Origin: Octopus sinensis | Taxonomy: Eukaryota | Length of the DNA: 64,000 nucleotides | Assembly: GCF_006345805.1 (NCBI RefSeq) | Contig: NC_042997.1 | Coordinates: 2,604,001 to 2,668,000, forward strand | Direction of reading: 5' to 3' | Part shown: piece by piece, positions 39,888 to 53,265 of the stretch | Layout: each line of letters opens with the position of its first letter | Position numbering within the stretch: position 1 is the stretch's first letter | Notes under the pieces: generated by a model | The model's database searches: none | Seen by the model: only the letters and a program-made list of their open reading frames with translations | Told to the model about the DNA's origin: nothing | Program-made: the position numbers and the translations under genes

Positions 39888-39953
39888 GGGCATATGGCGT
39901 AGTGGTTAAGAGCGCAGGCTACTAACCACAAGATTCTGAGTTCGATTCCAGGC
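39888..39953 (+). mobile_element. Isolated tRNA-like SINE head (not an intact tRNA)
   Basis: A-box TGGCGTAGTGG and B-box GAGTTCGATTCC are present, but there is no 3' acceptor strand. Confidence 0.65.
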
Positions 39954-40559
39954 TGAATTTCATTTTAAAGAAAGACAATGACACGCAATGGAAATATAAT
40001 AATTTGTATGTGAGTCTGGAGCAATTATGCAGTAAGATGTTCGGACTACAAAGTGCAGTTCAAAACTTGGAAGCGGAAATCACATAGTATGACCTGAAGT
40101 ACATAAATTATATCTAAAAATGTCAAATTGAAAAGTGTGACCAAAAGAAAATTACCGAAAGAGCAAATGAAATGATAGGAGAAAAAATATTTCAAATGTA
40201 GGAAATCAATAAACATAAAGAAGAAACGAAATCAAAAATTCGAAGAGCGGTCATAGAACTTTGAAGATATTAACGGAACAGAATTCAAGAAAACTAAAAT
40301 AAAGCCATAAATATTTTTAATATGCAGAACTTGACAAAGGGTTTATAACTCCTCCTTAATAATTTATAAATCAGATAAAGTAATAATCAAAGGGCGACAA
40401 CCCATAACCTGTCATATGCAACCTTAATCAAAAATGGACAATCATTCAATAATTCATACTGCAATAATCTCAAATACATTAAAACACTTGAAAACAATAA
40501 CAATAAGAATGCACAATTGAGCGTCAAATCTAACGGCATGTGTTTTTTTTATGACAACA

Positions 40560-40760
40560 TACGAACATAATATGACAGCATTATATAACAATAATTATGG
40601 ACATGTCAGGAACTGGAGTTACACTTTACAAAATATCGACTAGCAATTTAGGATAAAATTACTTGAAAACGAAAGAATATACGTTTTTTATGGAGTGGGA
40701 GTTGCAAACACAACCGAAAATATTCAAGCTACTGGTCCATAAAACCAAGGAATGTGTCAA
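40560..40760 (+). mobile_element. Possible RTE-clade APE endonuclease remnant
   Basis: Only KTKEYTFLWSG (resembles EKDYTFFWSG) and a weak ELxxYxxAI are recognisable. Confidence 0.3.
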
Positions 40761-40898
40761 ACTGAAAGCACATGTAAAATTAAGGAAACTTTTGAAATAT
40801 GTAATTAAATTCCCAACATTTCCAAAACATGACAAATGATCTTTTGGAAAAAACTTCTACGAATGTTCTTCGACAAAAAGTATTATGAAGAACAATAT

Positions 40899-41240
40899 AA
40901 GGGTAAAGACCCCCTTCGGTCATGAATGACCATGGGATTGCACCTAGAAAGTTACCCTCCTAGACACAAGTCCGGGCAAGGTTGTTTATGGAAGACCAGC
41001 AGTCGCCCATGCATACCAGCCTCCCCCTCTCCACGCCACCAGTGTTATCCATGGGAAAGACAAAGGTCGATACAGCTTGGCACCAGTGACGTCGCAACTC
41101 ATTTCTACAGCTGAGTGAACTGGAGCAACGTGAAATAAAGTGCCTTGCTCAAGAACACAACACGCAGCCCGGTCCGGGATTCGAGCTCACAACCTCACGA
41201 TCGTAAGCTCGACGCTCTAACCACTGAGCCATGCGCCTTC
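40899..41240 (-). mobile_element. Full-length, well-preserved CORE-like SINE of a second family with hairpin 3' tail
   Basis: Minus strand has a tRNA head GGCGCATGGCTCAGTGGTTAGAGC...GAGCTCGAATCCCGG, CORE-like GTTCTTGAGCAAGGCACTTTATTTCACGTTGCTCCAG, and tail GGTCATTCATGACCGAAGGGGGTCTTTACCCTT. Confidence 0.9.
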
Positions 41241-41241
41241 A

Positions 41242-41474
<233 letters not shown>

Positions 41475-41669
41475 GTAATAAAAGGAAAAGAATTTAAACC
41501 ACTGACGAACAGGAATGAATACGTAAAGGAATATATAATATAATATATCTGCAAAATAAAAGGTAAGCTGAAACATTCCAGTAAGTCATAAAATTACCAC
41601 GAACTTAGTTCAGTGGAAATTTTAAAGAAATATAACTGTTTTCCTTATTGAAACTAAGAAAGGATAATC

Positions 41670-41934
41670 AATTGTTACGGGAGACAATCGCGGTTTCGAT
41701 TCCCAGACCGTTATCAGTGTTTATTCAGCGAAAACACCTAAAGCTCCACGAAGTTCCGGCAGGGGGTGGTGGCGACACCTGCTGCAATCTTTCGCCACAA
41801 CTTTCTTTCAATCTTTCTTCTGCTGGCCTGCTCACTTAGCCAGCGGGGTGACGTCATTTGAAGACTAAAACAATGCGAAGCGCATTGTGACCAGCGATGT
41901 GTAGCAACATATGACAGACTGGTCGGTCACTGAT
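41670..41934 (+). mobile_element. Third SINE-like family, 5'-truncated
   Basis: B-box-like GGTTTCGATTCCCAG, a GC-rich body, and a 3' stem GACCAG...CTGGTC. Confidence 0.55.
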
Positions 41935-42999
41935 AAAATGAAAATCAACCTCAATGGGATAGAGGTGGACATACATATAATACGGCAGACTTCTGCACAT
42001 ATATTTTCCACCTATCAAATTCTATTCTGTCATAATTATACCGAACATGCATCTCGACTATCTGGCTATCGCTGCGCCAACAACGATATATATTAAATTA
42101 TAGCGATATAAAGAGAAATGTTCGAATGGTTTAAAATGTTAAAATGGTTTTATGAAACGGAGAACAGTGGAATGTAATATTTTCTTAAACAAATCCAGAT
42201 TTATGCAAGGTTTAAATCTACAACCGAAGCTTATAAAGAGAAAAACTTTATAGGCAATTACACTAAATTGTGCAGCTAACTATTTAGCTGTAAATATCCC
42301 GTGTTATCTGGCTGAAGTGAAACGAAAATATTTAATATGAATAGAGTATTGAACCTGTCTGAAAAGCATGCAAATGAATAGGATTTTTCAGTCTAAGATG
42401 GAATCAAATCATTATGCTCAATAAATTAATCAGATCAGAATGACAGATTGCAATTTTTCTTGAACAAATCTCCTGTTTTCCAGAATTCGCAGATGATAAA
42501 TGAAGTTGAAATATGAAAATCTTGCGAAGAGTCTAAATAGCGATATGATTAATTGAGGGAATTAAATACATTAAGCTGCAATGCGACTACGCGGACACAT
42601 TCTGCATTTATGCGATTAAGGCATAGTGTCAATCAATCAACAGTTAAAAAAAAAAAAAGATTTAAAAGGAATTTCACTCATCAGCAAAATGCAATACAAA
42701 CCACGAATTGCCATTTTCTTTTCTCTGTTAATACTTTTGTAAATAATTCATTTCCGCCAATGTTCACTTTCGATTATTCAAGAATATTCTGCTTTCTTCG
42801 CTGTAATCGTATTACGTAACTATTAAAATTCGTTGCTATATTGCATAAACAAATTTCATCTACACGTTTATATTAACGAGAATAAGGTATGTAAAAACAC
42901 ACACAGATCACTCGCAAATATCACACTCACCCACATGCTTGTGTGCACCTGCACGTATATATATAAATACACATATGCAGCAACATATATCACTCTGTT

Positions 43000-43002
<3 letters not shown>

Positions 43003-43094
<92 letters not shown>

Positions 43095-43148
43095 ATATCT
43101 ATATATCTATCTATCTATATAATCTATCTATCTATCTATCTATCTATA

Positions 43149-43196
<48 letters not shown>

Positions 43197-43200
43197 CACA
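43003..43200. repeat. (TCTA)n/(TA)n microsatellite
   Basis: Directly visible. Confidence 0.95.
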
Positions 43201-43333
43201 CACACATATTACTTGTCTTGATTTCCATTTGTTTCTCCTTTCTTTGCGTACCGAACATTTCATGTAGTTTTCGTTTTGTCACGTCCTGTACCCATATGTG
43301 TATACCTATATACATACATATGTTGTTTATATA

Positions 43334-43397
<64 letters not shown>

Positions 43398-43954
43398 CAT
43401 ACATACATACATATAATTTATATATATATGTATATATATGTATATATGCATCTGTGTGTGCCTATATATATATATAACGCTCCACCTCGTTATCCAAACA
43501 CTCGCACACACACAAACAGACATACACAAACAAATGAACCAACACACACATATATTACTATATATATATATATACGGCTTAGGCATGGCTTGCGTAATTT
43601 CTACTGTAGTCCCAAGGTGACCAATAGCAGAAATCGTGTTTACATCTCCGTAACATACCTGTTTCCAAAAGTAGGCTGATAGAATCAATACTACAATTTA
43701 AAGATATGTACAGGGGTTGACATACATATGCACACACACACGCATATATATATGTATGTATCTATGTATGTGTGTGTGTGTAATATTTTATTCTTTTGCT
43801 TGTTTCAGTAATTTGAATGTCTTCTTGCACAGTCTTGAAGGATTTTCTTCGAACATGCGGATATCAAGAATCATTTTTTTAAACCTAGTACTTATTCTGA
43901 TATTCACTCATACCGAATAACTCAGTTAAGGATACGTAAACACAGCAATAAACA

Positions 43955-44165
43955 GTGATAGGGGCACAAACACAGCATCTAAGGCACACAGACTTATATA
44001 TATATACGACAGATTTCTTTCGGTTTCTGTCTACCAAATTCAGTTACAAGGATTTGGTCTGTCCGAGGCTATAGTAGCAGGCATTTGTCGAAGGTAGCAC
44101 TCAGTGGTAGTAAACTCTGAAATATGTGGATTGAAAGGAAGATTCTAGCCTCACAGCCACGCCAG
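43955..44165 (-). mobile_element. Degraded 5' half of CORE-like SINE
   Basis: Reverse complement aligns to 27980-28150 (CTACTATAGCCTCGG...TTGGTAGACAGAAACCGAAAGAAATCTGTCGTATATAT). Confidence 0.75.
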
Positions 44166-44192
44166 CATCTGCAATATATATATAAGTATATA

Positions 44193-45276
44193 TTGGGTCA
44201 TCCCATACATAATGCGTTTTTTTTTTAATTGTCCATATTCTTAAAGGAAATTTTGAAGATTATAGTTCGATTTTAAGCATTATCTTTCAAGGCTATAATG
44301 AAAGTGACAAAGAGGCATATTCGACACAATTTCCTTTATGAGTTCAAGAAAGGCAACAAGGCAATGGAAATTGCGAAGGATATAAATGCAGTTTATGGGG
44401 ATCGGACAATATGCGTAAGCCAGTGTCAACGGTGGCTCCAGAAACTCCAAGTCTGGACCTGCAGCCTAGAAAACGAGCCTCGTACTGGATGATTTGTAGT
44501 GGAAAATTCAGCAAATTGGGTCAATATCCTCCACACAAACTTTGCGAGTCTAATCGCGCACAGAGAATAAATGAGTGCTCTTCTCTGCTGTCACGTCTCA
44601 GGAATGAACCATTTTTGGACCGAATAGTAACTGGTGACGATAAATGGGTTCTGTATAAAAAGGTCAAGCGCCGAATACAGTGGGTAGGGAAAAGAGAAAC
44701 ACCGGCACACCAGGCTAAATGTCTTCACCCTCGTTATATGTCGCTATCTGTTTTCTGGGATATGATAGGTTTAGTCCACTTTGAACATTTAAAGTCAAAC
44801 AAAGCGACAACACAGGAGATCTACTGCATGCAGCTTTAACAGCTTAAGTCAGCGCTAGAAGAAAAACGACCGTCTCTGTTTTCAAGACAAAAGGTGTTCT
44901 TCCATCAGGATAATGCTCGGTTACATGCAGCAAGGATGATATTCCAAAGGCTAGAGCAGTCTCAATTAGAAATTATGTCCCACCCACAATATGCGCAGTA
45001 CATTTCCCCATCTGATTATCGTTTATTCCTCACTCTTCAAAATCATATGGCGGGAAATAATGTAAATATTCTAGACAACTTCAAAACAGCACTGGCGGAG
45101 TATTTATCGTAAAAGAGAAGTACATTTTAGAAGTGAGGCATTGCAAGTCTACTACATAGATGGAAGAGCATTGTAGAAAATGAAGGAGAGTATATTTTAG
45201 ATTTAAAAGGAACTCTATCTTGATTTTTAAAAATAAAATATGTATTAAAAACCACATTATTTATGGGATGAACCAA
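44193..45276 (+). mobile_element. Mariner (DD34D) transposon with both TIRs and TA duplication; transposase pseudogene with internal deletion
   Basis: TIRs are TTGGGTCATCCCATACATAATGCG and TTGGTTCATCCCATAAATAATGTG (reverse complement), with TA at 44191-2 and 45277-8. Motifs: IRHNFLYEFKKG, YPPHKL (WVPHEL), TGDDKW, HQDNAR, SPSDY. Confidence 0.95.
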
Positions 45277-45294
45277 TATGTAATTACTTACATT

Positions 45295-45375
<81 letters not shown>

Positions 45376-47885
45376 AGCACATATATATATATATATTTAC
45401 ACACGCACAAATATATATATATATCTGTGTGTTCGTGCTTATGTATATTTTCTCCAGTACTATAGTGAGCAGTTTATATTTATTTATGTTTACGGACAAT
45501 GCATTTATTTTTGATCGAATAAAATTTTCTTAAATTTCATAAACATATTTTAGGTTATGTAATGTATTCTCACAGAATATCAATGTACATGCATTAATGT
45601 TAATGATATCTTTGTTTTATTATTATAAGCTTTATATGTGACATAATTTGCACATTATGTATTAGATGTTGCTGCATCTAATGTGAAGAATATGTAATGT
45701 TAAAAAGCTGCTTCAGAAACTTGATATAAATTATGAACTGATAATTAAATTCCGAATTTAACTTTTTAGTCCCTAGCATTGATTGGATTGCATGACGATC
45801 AAGGAGGTGTTTGACAGTAAGTTAATTATTCATCTTTAACTTTTATGCGTCAAACTGCTTTTAACACACAAACTACATTTACAATGTTGAATATTACGCT
45901 TAAATGTATTTTAATTAATACAAATCCTTACAAATCCATCTTACAAACCTTTTCTGCCATATTTGGGAAGTATAAAAAACGCTCTCTTACGATTCCCTGG
46001 TATAGATTGGAAATAGATTTAGTCAAAATATTTTGATATTTAATTTTAAAAAAAAATTTACATTAATCACCATATTTAATTTACGATATCCAATTCATCA
46101 CTTATGATATGCTAACTTGTTTTATATCGGGGGATATTTACTGTTCGTGACAGATTTGTAAACTATCATGCGGCATTCAAAGAAAGCTTCGATACACTTT
46201 GTCCATAAAGAAACGATTTACAATATTAAGTGATGGCATAGAATCCGATGATGAGTAATGTTTTTTATGCATATTTAAACGCAATTCCCTCAATGTAACT
46301 ATGTGTGCGAATTTTCTGACCTACAGGGAATAAGCAAAATTTTTTAGTTCTTAGTATTCATACTTTAATTCAATAAGTAGTATAATACATGTGAAGTAAT
46401 ACAAATATATATAAAAGAGAAATGAATGAAATCTCTTAATGCGTACGGCAAAATCAATTTTAATTTGATTTTGTGAGAAAATTCTGAACATCTTTACTGC
46501 TTGAATAGAGGTTGTTCATAATATTGACATTTTAACGATCTTAGAAAAGGATAACGGAGTGTATAAAACACAAGCATACTCAACATATAGTTTATATAAT
46601 TATAGATTAGAGCCAAATAAATGGAGTTAGTTCAATGTGTGATTCCTTTCAGCAATGAATAATAGGATGTATCTCATGATGGATAAAATATTTCATAACA
46701 AAATTAGATTTTGACCGTAAAAAAACATTGAAAAGACCTCTTTAGAAATTCTTTGTAAATATCATGCAAGGAAACAAAAGAACCCTTTCGAATTCTTCGA
46801 TTTTCATTAAGGGGTTTATTTGATTTAAATGTCTAGATTTTGAAATACGTTCATAGCAACTTTCTAAATAGATGAAAACGATCCAACAATAAATGTTCTT
46901 ATTCCTTAATAAAATTAGTATTATTTATTAATAGAAAGAAATGATTATTAAATGCTTACATTTCAACAAAAGCACAGACAATATTTCAAAATATATTTTT
47001 ATTTTCTATCTAACAAAATATATTAAAGTTTATGTTTGTTAAAATAAATATATGGTTTTCTGGACTAAAATAATGCGAATATTATCTCTGGGATTAATAT
47101 ATTTGCCTTGAAGAGTTTGGTTCGGCGTTGTTTTCCTAAATATCTTTCTATTATTTTGCACAACACAGGATGGTTATAATTTTCTGTTTCATCTCCCGTT
47201 TCATGTACTATCTGGTTTGATATAGCACTCAGATTATAGGGAAATATTCCATAATATCTGCCAGCATTCATTTACAAACATTATGTTTAAGCACATAGCG
47301 TGTTGCTTCCATATAAGACTGAATTGTTTACGTATTAAGCCATAAGGAAAAATTGGAGTAGCGCTGTACGTATGCTGCACATGTGAACTTCTTATATATG
47401 CATGTATACACACACACTCACACATTCACATAAGCGCGCGCGCACAGATATACGTGTACGTTAATATCGAACACTGAGAATGTGTGCTCAGCACTGCATT
47501 GATAGATAAATATTCTTTTTTTGCGGGTGAAAAATGTTACCACTGGTTTCATGTAGTGAGATATCTCTCAATAAATAACTAGCCTGCTATATGGAATGTT
47601 GGTACTTGTCTTTCTCTCTCTCCCTCTCACTTTCTCTCTCTCTCTCTCTCTCTCCCTATATATATACATGCGTGTGTGTGTTTGTGTCTCTGTGTGTGTG
47701 CGCGCGTGTGTGTAAATATATGTATGTATATATGTATATATAAGTATACATGCATGCATGAACACATGTACATATACATCAACATACGCACATACATACA
47801 TATGTATATATATATACATGCATACAAACATATATATATATATATTATATATATATATATACGCACATACACATATATGTTTGTA

Positions 47886-47933
<48 letters not shown>

Positions 47934-49149
47934 TGGAATTAATAAAGGAGTGTGCAAAAAAGCGCTTACAACGGAAAGCGTAGTCTTGTAATTCGAGATG
48001 AATTCACAAAATAAGTTAAGCCACGCGTATACCAATCGCTTATTTTTATTTTCTTTACTCTATTGTTTGCTAGAATTCCTGCAAACATTGAGTTGAGTTT
48101 CTAAATCATAGCTTGCATATAGAAAATTATGTTTCGCTAAATCTTGTGACAATCTATGCAGTATAATAATAATATGAAGAGATAAAAACTGTGCGTAATT
48201 ATGAATGTGCGTTTTGAATAGTTATCTGTAATCTTCCATAATGCATTTTTGAATATTTTGTGATATATATCTACGTATTTCAAAAGCATATGGGGCTGCA
48301 TGACATGAAAGTAAATTTGAGCGTAAGATTTTAAAACTACCTTTGTAAGTTTATTATCTTTACGCTTGCAATAAAAAGGAAAGTAAATCTAAATATCATA
48401 CATACTTATAGACAACTTACATTGCACTTATCTTCAAGTACGTACAGTCTGATGTGTTTTCGATGTCGTAAGAATGAGAAATATGATGCGGGCGACATTT
48501 AAATCTTATTAATGGCACTAAGATTATGTCATTTGCGACATCGTAACACAATTATAAGAGACATTATTTGAAAGCATACTTCAGAAAATGTAAAGGAAGT
48601 AGAAGAAATGTTGATATATTCTTTTCTGAGAGCATCGTCGAAATACTAGCTATTGAGAACTATCCATGAGCATTACACAGAGGATTAATTATATGCACTT
48701 ACATATTTTATAGCAGTTCATTCGCGAATAAATAAATATTGGTCATTCAGAAAATATTGCTGTTTCGAAAATTATTGCAATTTACTTATAGAATGACGTG
48801 TTTTAAAGTTAAAATGTAATATAACTCAAGTCTATGAAGATATTAAATACCATTCAAACTCTACGTGAAAAGCGATACAAAAGCATAATTCCTCAAGCAC
48901 ATTTCGCTCTAAATCATGCCGCCACAAATATTTTCAACGTCTGTTATAGCACAGCGAAACAAAGAAGTCAGTATTGTTGCAATGACGTTATTGGCTGTAT
49001 TTCAGTAATCACTGAAGGAAACAAACGGAACATGAGACTATACTCTGACACGCACACATATACTTTGATACTTTGAACTTTGATAGGTTTCGGCCTGTAT
49101 TGGCCCAGGTCATGTCTAATTTGATAGCACCACCTGGCAAAGTCGTTCA

Positions 49150-49575
49150 AATAAGGAATCGGTAAACATGGCCCACTTGATGAGAGGGTTATTGTTTGGG
49201 GGAATTCTGCACTAGTTTACTTCACAAGTTTTGGTGGGTTTCTACAGAAGTCTGACACTATTATTTTGAGGCTATTTTCACACTCTTATTTTGAGGAGGT
49301 GTGTGAATGTGTGAATGACCAGCCAACATGTGATAGATCGTTTATGATTGCATCTCAGTCGGTATCATAGAGATCCATGGTATCAAATGGGAGGGCTGGA
49401 GAGAGGTCACTAGGGTTAGCTTTCGGCTGGTGGAATCTCAGGTTACAGAGAACAATGTAATGGTCTAAAAAATGGATGTTTCCACTGAAATATTGTGCAT
49501 TGTGTTAGTGAGGTTACTAAATACAGGTTCTAAAATGTTCTGATATCTTGTTGGTGCAAGGACACGTTGAGACAA
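49150..49575 (-). mobile_element. CR1-like LINE APE endonuclease C-terminus and linker (pseudogenised)
   Basis: Minus strand [14 protein letters not shown]...SIF*DHYIVLCNL...FDTMDLYDTD*DAI...LSHVGW matches PTRxxNILDLxFxN...SDH...ADWxAI. Confidence 0.75.
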
Positions 49576-49675
49576 GAAAGGCTCATACACACACATACAA
49601 ACACACACACACGCACACAAAAACACACATACACACGCACATATATATATATATGTGAATGAGTTATTCTTGTCC

Positions 49676-49679
<4 letters not shown>

Positions 49680-49761
<82 letters not shown>

Positions 49762-49772
49762 AATGCATATAT

Positions 49773-49863
<91 letters not shown>

Positions 49864-49865
49864 TA

Positions 49866-49962
<97 letters not shown>

Positions 49963-49979
49963 TATATATATATATATAT
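49680..49979. repeat. Long (TA)n array
   Basis: About 300 bp, directly visible. Confidence 0.95.
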
Positions 49980-49982
49980 GCT

Positions 49983-50035
49983 AAGGCGGTGCTCCAGCAT
50001 GGCCACAGTCACATGACTGAAACGAGTAAAAGAAT
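49983..50035 (+). mobile_element. CORE-like SINE 3' tail
   Basis: AAGGCGGTGCTCCAGCATGGCCACAGTCACATGACTGAAACGAGTAAAAGA. Confidence 0.85.
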
Positions 50036-50044
50036 AGTGAAGTA

Positions 50045-51770
50045 CAGAATGACCAGTTCAAAAGTGTATTTAACACCCCGTTGAAACACAGACAAGGGAA
50101 CGAACCAGTGGATTTCTTTGCAGCTTCACTAATGTCGATGTAATCGACATTAGTGAAGAAGATATACCATTAGCCATAGATTAGGTGGAAGCAAACTCAA
50201 ATGCTGGTCCTGATGGTTTCCCAGCAATCATGTACATATTCTCTTTAAGAGCTTTCTTACAAATGGCAGGCTGCCAAGCAAGTTGACGAAAGGGATAATA
50301 TGCCAAATTCATAAAGGAGGAAACAGAGCAGATGCCAAAAACTATATGACCATATCTCTGACTTCACACATCAGCAAAGTCATGGAATGGATAGTCAGAG
50401 GAAAACTAATCGCATTCCTTGAAGAAAAGACCTTGCTGGGTGATACCAAGCGTGACATTCCACCAGGTAGGAGGTGTCTGACACAGTTCTTACAGCACTA
50501 TGAATGGGTGTTGAGGCAGTTACTCAACAAATCAAATGGGGAGATAATATTTTTTAATTTTGCAGAAGCTTTTGAGAAAGTGGATCATAATATGATTTGC
50601 CACAAACTGCGTGATCTTGGCATACCTGGGAAACTTGGAGAGTGGTTACATGACTTTCTGAACGATAGAAGTCAGGTAGTAGTGGCCACTGGAGCCACCT
50701 CAAAGAAAAGAAAAATAGTGGGCAGTGATCCACAGGGTACTATTTGGGACCACTGCTTCTCATAGTGGCCCACTCAGATATGCACTCAACTACCGGGATA
50801 GCCACTCTTGGTAGCTTCACAGACAATACAGAAGTCACGCTGGAAATACAGAACCCCAGCGATGTTGCACACCTACAGCAGGAGTTGCACTCAATTTAAA
50901 GATAGCTGAGAACAATTTAATGCTGACAATTTCAAGCACTGCGCTACCAGCGCCAAAATCTGAATATAAAACTTACAGGGTACGCTGGTCCACAGGGGAT
51001 TACAATCCCAGCGCCTAAGTTAGTGAGAGACCTGCGTATTGACTTGAGTGAGGGTACCTCTTTCCAAGAGCACATTACCAGGATAGCTACACAATGCACA
51101 CGACTGGCTGGGTTGATTCTGAGAATGTTCAGTACCTAAGAGAAAGAAACCATGATGGACATCCGGAGAACATTCTTCTTCAGCTGCCTAGATTACTGCT
51201 CCCTGATATGGTCACACAACAGTGTAAAATTAACAGCGGATCTTGAAGCAATCCAGCGAAGCTTCACAAATAAGTTCGTCTCCTTGGGACAGCTCAGCTT
51301 CTGGGAAAGGCTGAAACAGCTAAGACTCTACTCCCTGGAGCGAAGGCAGGAGAACTGTCCAGTAATATACATCTGGAAGATCTTGGAACGAATTGCACCA
51401 AATTTTGGCACTGAATGCAACACCAGTGCCAGAACCGATCGTCAACGCACAGTGCCAAAGATCCGAGCAATACTATCGCGCTTCAGGACCGGTTACTGCA
51501 ACATCCTAGGGTTCAGGGGCCCAAAGCTATATAATATTCTCCCAAGGAGCTAGTGGGATCTACATAAAGTGGACGTAGGTGCTTTCGTTTCAAAACTTGA
51601 CCTCTTCCTGTCGGGAGTCCCAGATGAACCTACCTTGCGGCAAGAGGTACAAATGAGTAGCGACATCAAATACCTTTATTCACCAAATGCCACATATCAG
51701 AGTAGGATCTCGATAATAAAAGTATAGCAAAACGACGGTGCCCCAGCATGGCCGCAGCTGTGAGCAGAAT
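50045..51770 (+). mobile_element. CR1-like LINE, RT domain to 3' end, pseudogenised
   Basis: [61 protein letters not shown] (FADD), LDYCSLIW, SFWERLKQLRLYSLERR; the 3' tail is GACGGTGCCCCAGCATGGCCGCAG. Confidence 0.95.
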
Positions 51771-51779
51771 CTACAAAAA

Positions 51780-51908
51780 AGAACGTGAAACTCTGAGTAA
51801 CAGTTTTTGTGATATTTCTGCTGCTTTTCAATAAACCGTTTTACGCTACCTCTGGCATTCGTGTACTATTTTTTACACCTTGTTTCGCATCGATGCGCTT
51901 CGTTATAT
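51780..51908 (-). mobile_element. PLE-like terminal-repeat fragment with eroded hammerhead-like motif
   Basis: Shares sequence with 17820-17935; the minus strand reads TAACGAAGC-GCAT(cg)ATGC-GAA-ACA(agg)TGT-A. Confidence 0.5.
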
Positions 51909-51917
51909 ATATATATT

Positions 51918-51939
<22 letters not shown>

Positions 51940-51950
<11 letters not shown>

Positions 51951-52035
51951 GAATATGTGTATGTATGTATGTATCTATATATATATATATTATATATATG
52001 AATATGTGTATGTATGTATGTATCTATATATATAT

Positions 52036-52077
<42 letters not shown>

Positions 52078-52104
52078 TATGTGTATGTATGTATGTATCT
52101 AAAG

Positions 52105-52136
<32 letters not shown>

Positions 52137-52164
52137 TATGAATATGTGTATGTATGTATGTATC

Positions 52165-52200
<36 letters not shown>
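51940..52200. repeat. Minisatellite of four units ATGAATATGTGTATGTATGTATGTATCTA(TA)n
   Basis: Unit starts at about 51949, 51998, 52073 and 52138. Confidence 0.9.
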
Positions 52201-52245
<45 letters not shown>

Positions 52246-53004
52246 GTATATACATATATGTATTTACTTCTTTTTTTCACTATGTCTGTCTCCCTCTCTC
52301 TCACACACACTCTCTCTCTCATACATTCTCTCTCTCTCTCTCTCGAATGTAATATATTTAATGTATGTAATATAAAAATTAATTGGTAAATCTAACCACT
52401 AGCCATATATAATAAAGTGCGACATTTTCAAACGTTAAAACTGCTTCGGCCTGTCAGAAAATGCTTAAAAAGTAAGCAAGTGTCAATTGCAGTTCAGACT
52501 AATATATATGTAATGAAAATTAGTACGAGTTATGGCAAAGTGATTTAATAGTCACTAAGACAAAGCGAAAAAAGCGTTATTCCTTACCTTGCCTTTTGGA
52601 CACAACCTTAATTCTTTCACCACACTAGCGTTGAACTCTCCAGAGACCAACGTGTGTTGATTGTCATAGGATTATATAATCTTTATAATAAGGAATTTTA
52701 AATAGGTTTTCAATAAAACACATTGCAAATATCCGTGAAAATATATATTGGAATGCAGAAAGTCAATTCCCTTTGACAAAATTGTTATGTGCGTTATTTC
52801 TTCAAAATAAATTATACTCAGGAACAGATTATTTGCAGCTCACGAGTTGATCACGTAGTATTAGTTTTCAAGTTGGTCTTTTTGATGACTCACGCAATTA
52901 TGCTCTACTAATGGTTCTTTTTTCAGCAATCTGGAAAACAAAAAAAAAAACGAAAGAAAGTTCAATAGGTATGAATTTACATGTATAAATATATTCTGAA
53001 TATT

Positions 53005-53220
53005 GGCAGGACCTTAAAAACTCCAGATACATAGGTCCTGAGAACAGCTCATATCTTGAGTATTGGGGCGATGGGGAACAAACACAGGGTACATAGGACT
53101 GGACACCTAATTACAAACAAGGATAGCAGGATCCCTATGCATATGCTATATTGGAAACTTGTGAATGGAAAGAGTTCCTGACAGAAACCAAGGCTGCAAT
53201 TTTAGGACTGTGTCATGTCC
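53005..53220 (+). mobile_element. RTE-clade LINE ORF C-terminal remnant
   Basis: VLRTAHILSIGAM...TGHLITNKDSRIPMHMLYWKLVNGKSS*QKPRLQF*DCV matches VLxRAxxxSIEAM...GHVxRMxDxRIPKxLLYGELxxGKRxxGRPxLRFKD. Confidence 0.85.

Positions 53221-53261
<41 letters not shown>

Positions 53262-53265
<4 letters not shown>

Noticed and set aside
39888-39953. Possible tRNA gene
   Set aside because: It has A and B boxes but no acceptor stem, so it is treated as a SINE head.
47065-47271. 68-aa non-repetitive ORF on the minus strand
   Set aside because: No recognisable domain, and the length is compatible with chance.
52588-52671. Minus-strand open frame ending at strong donor AAG|gtaagg
   Set aside because: No convincing acceptor or homology.
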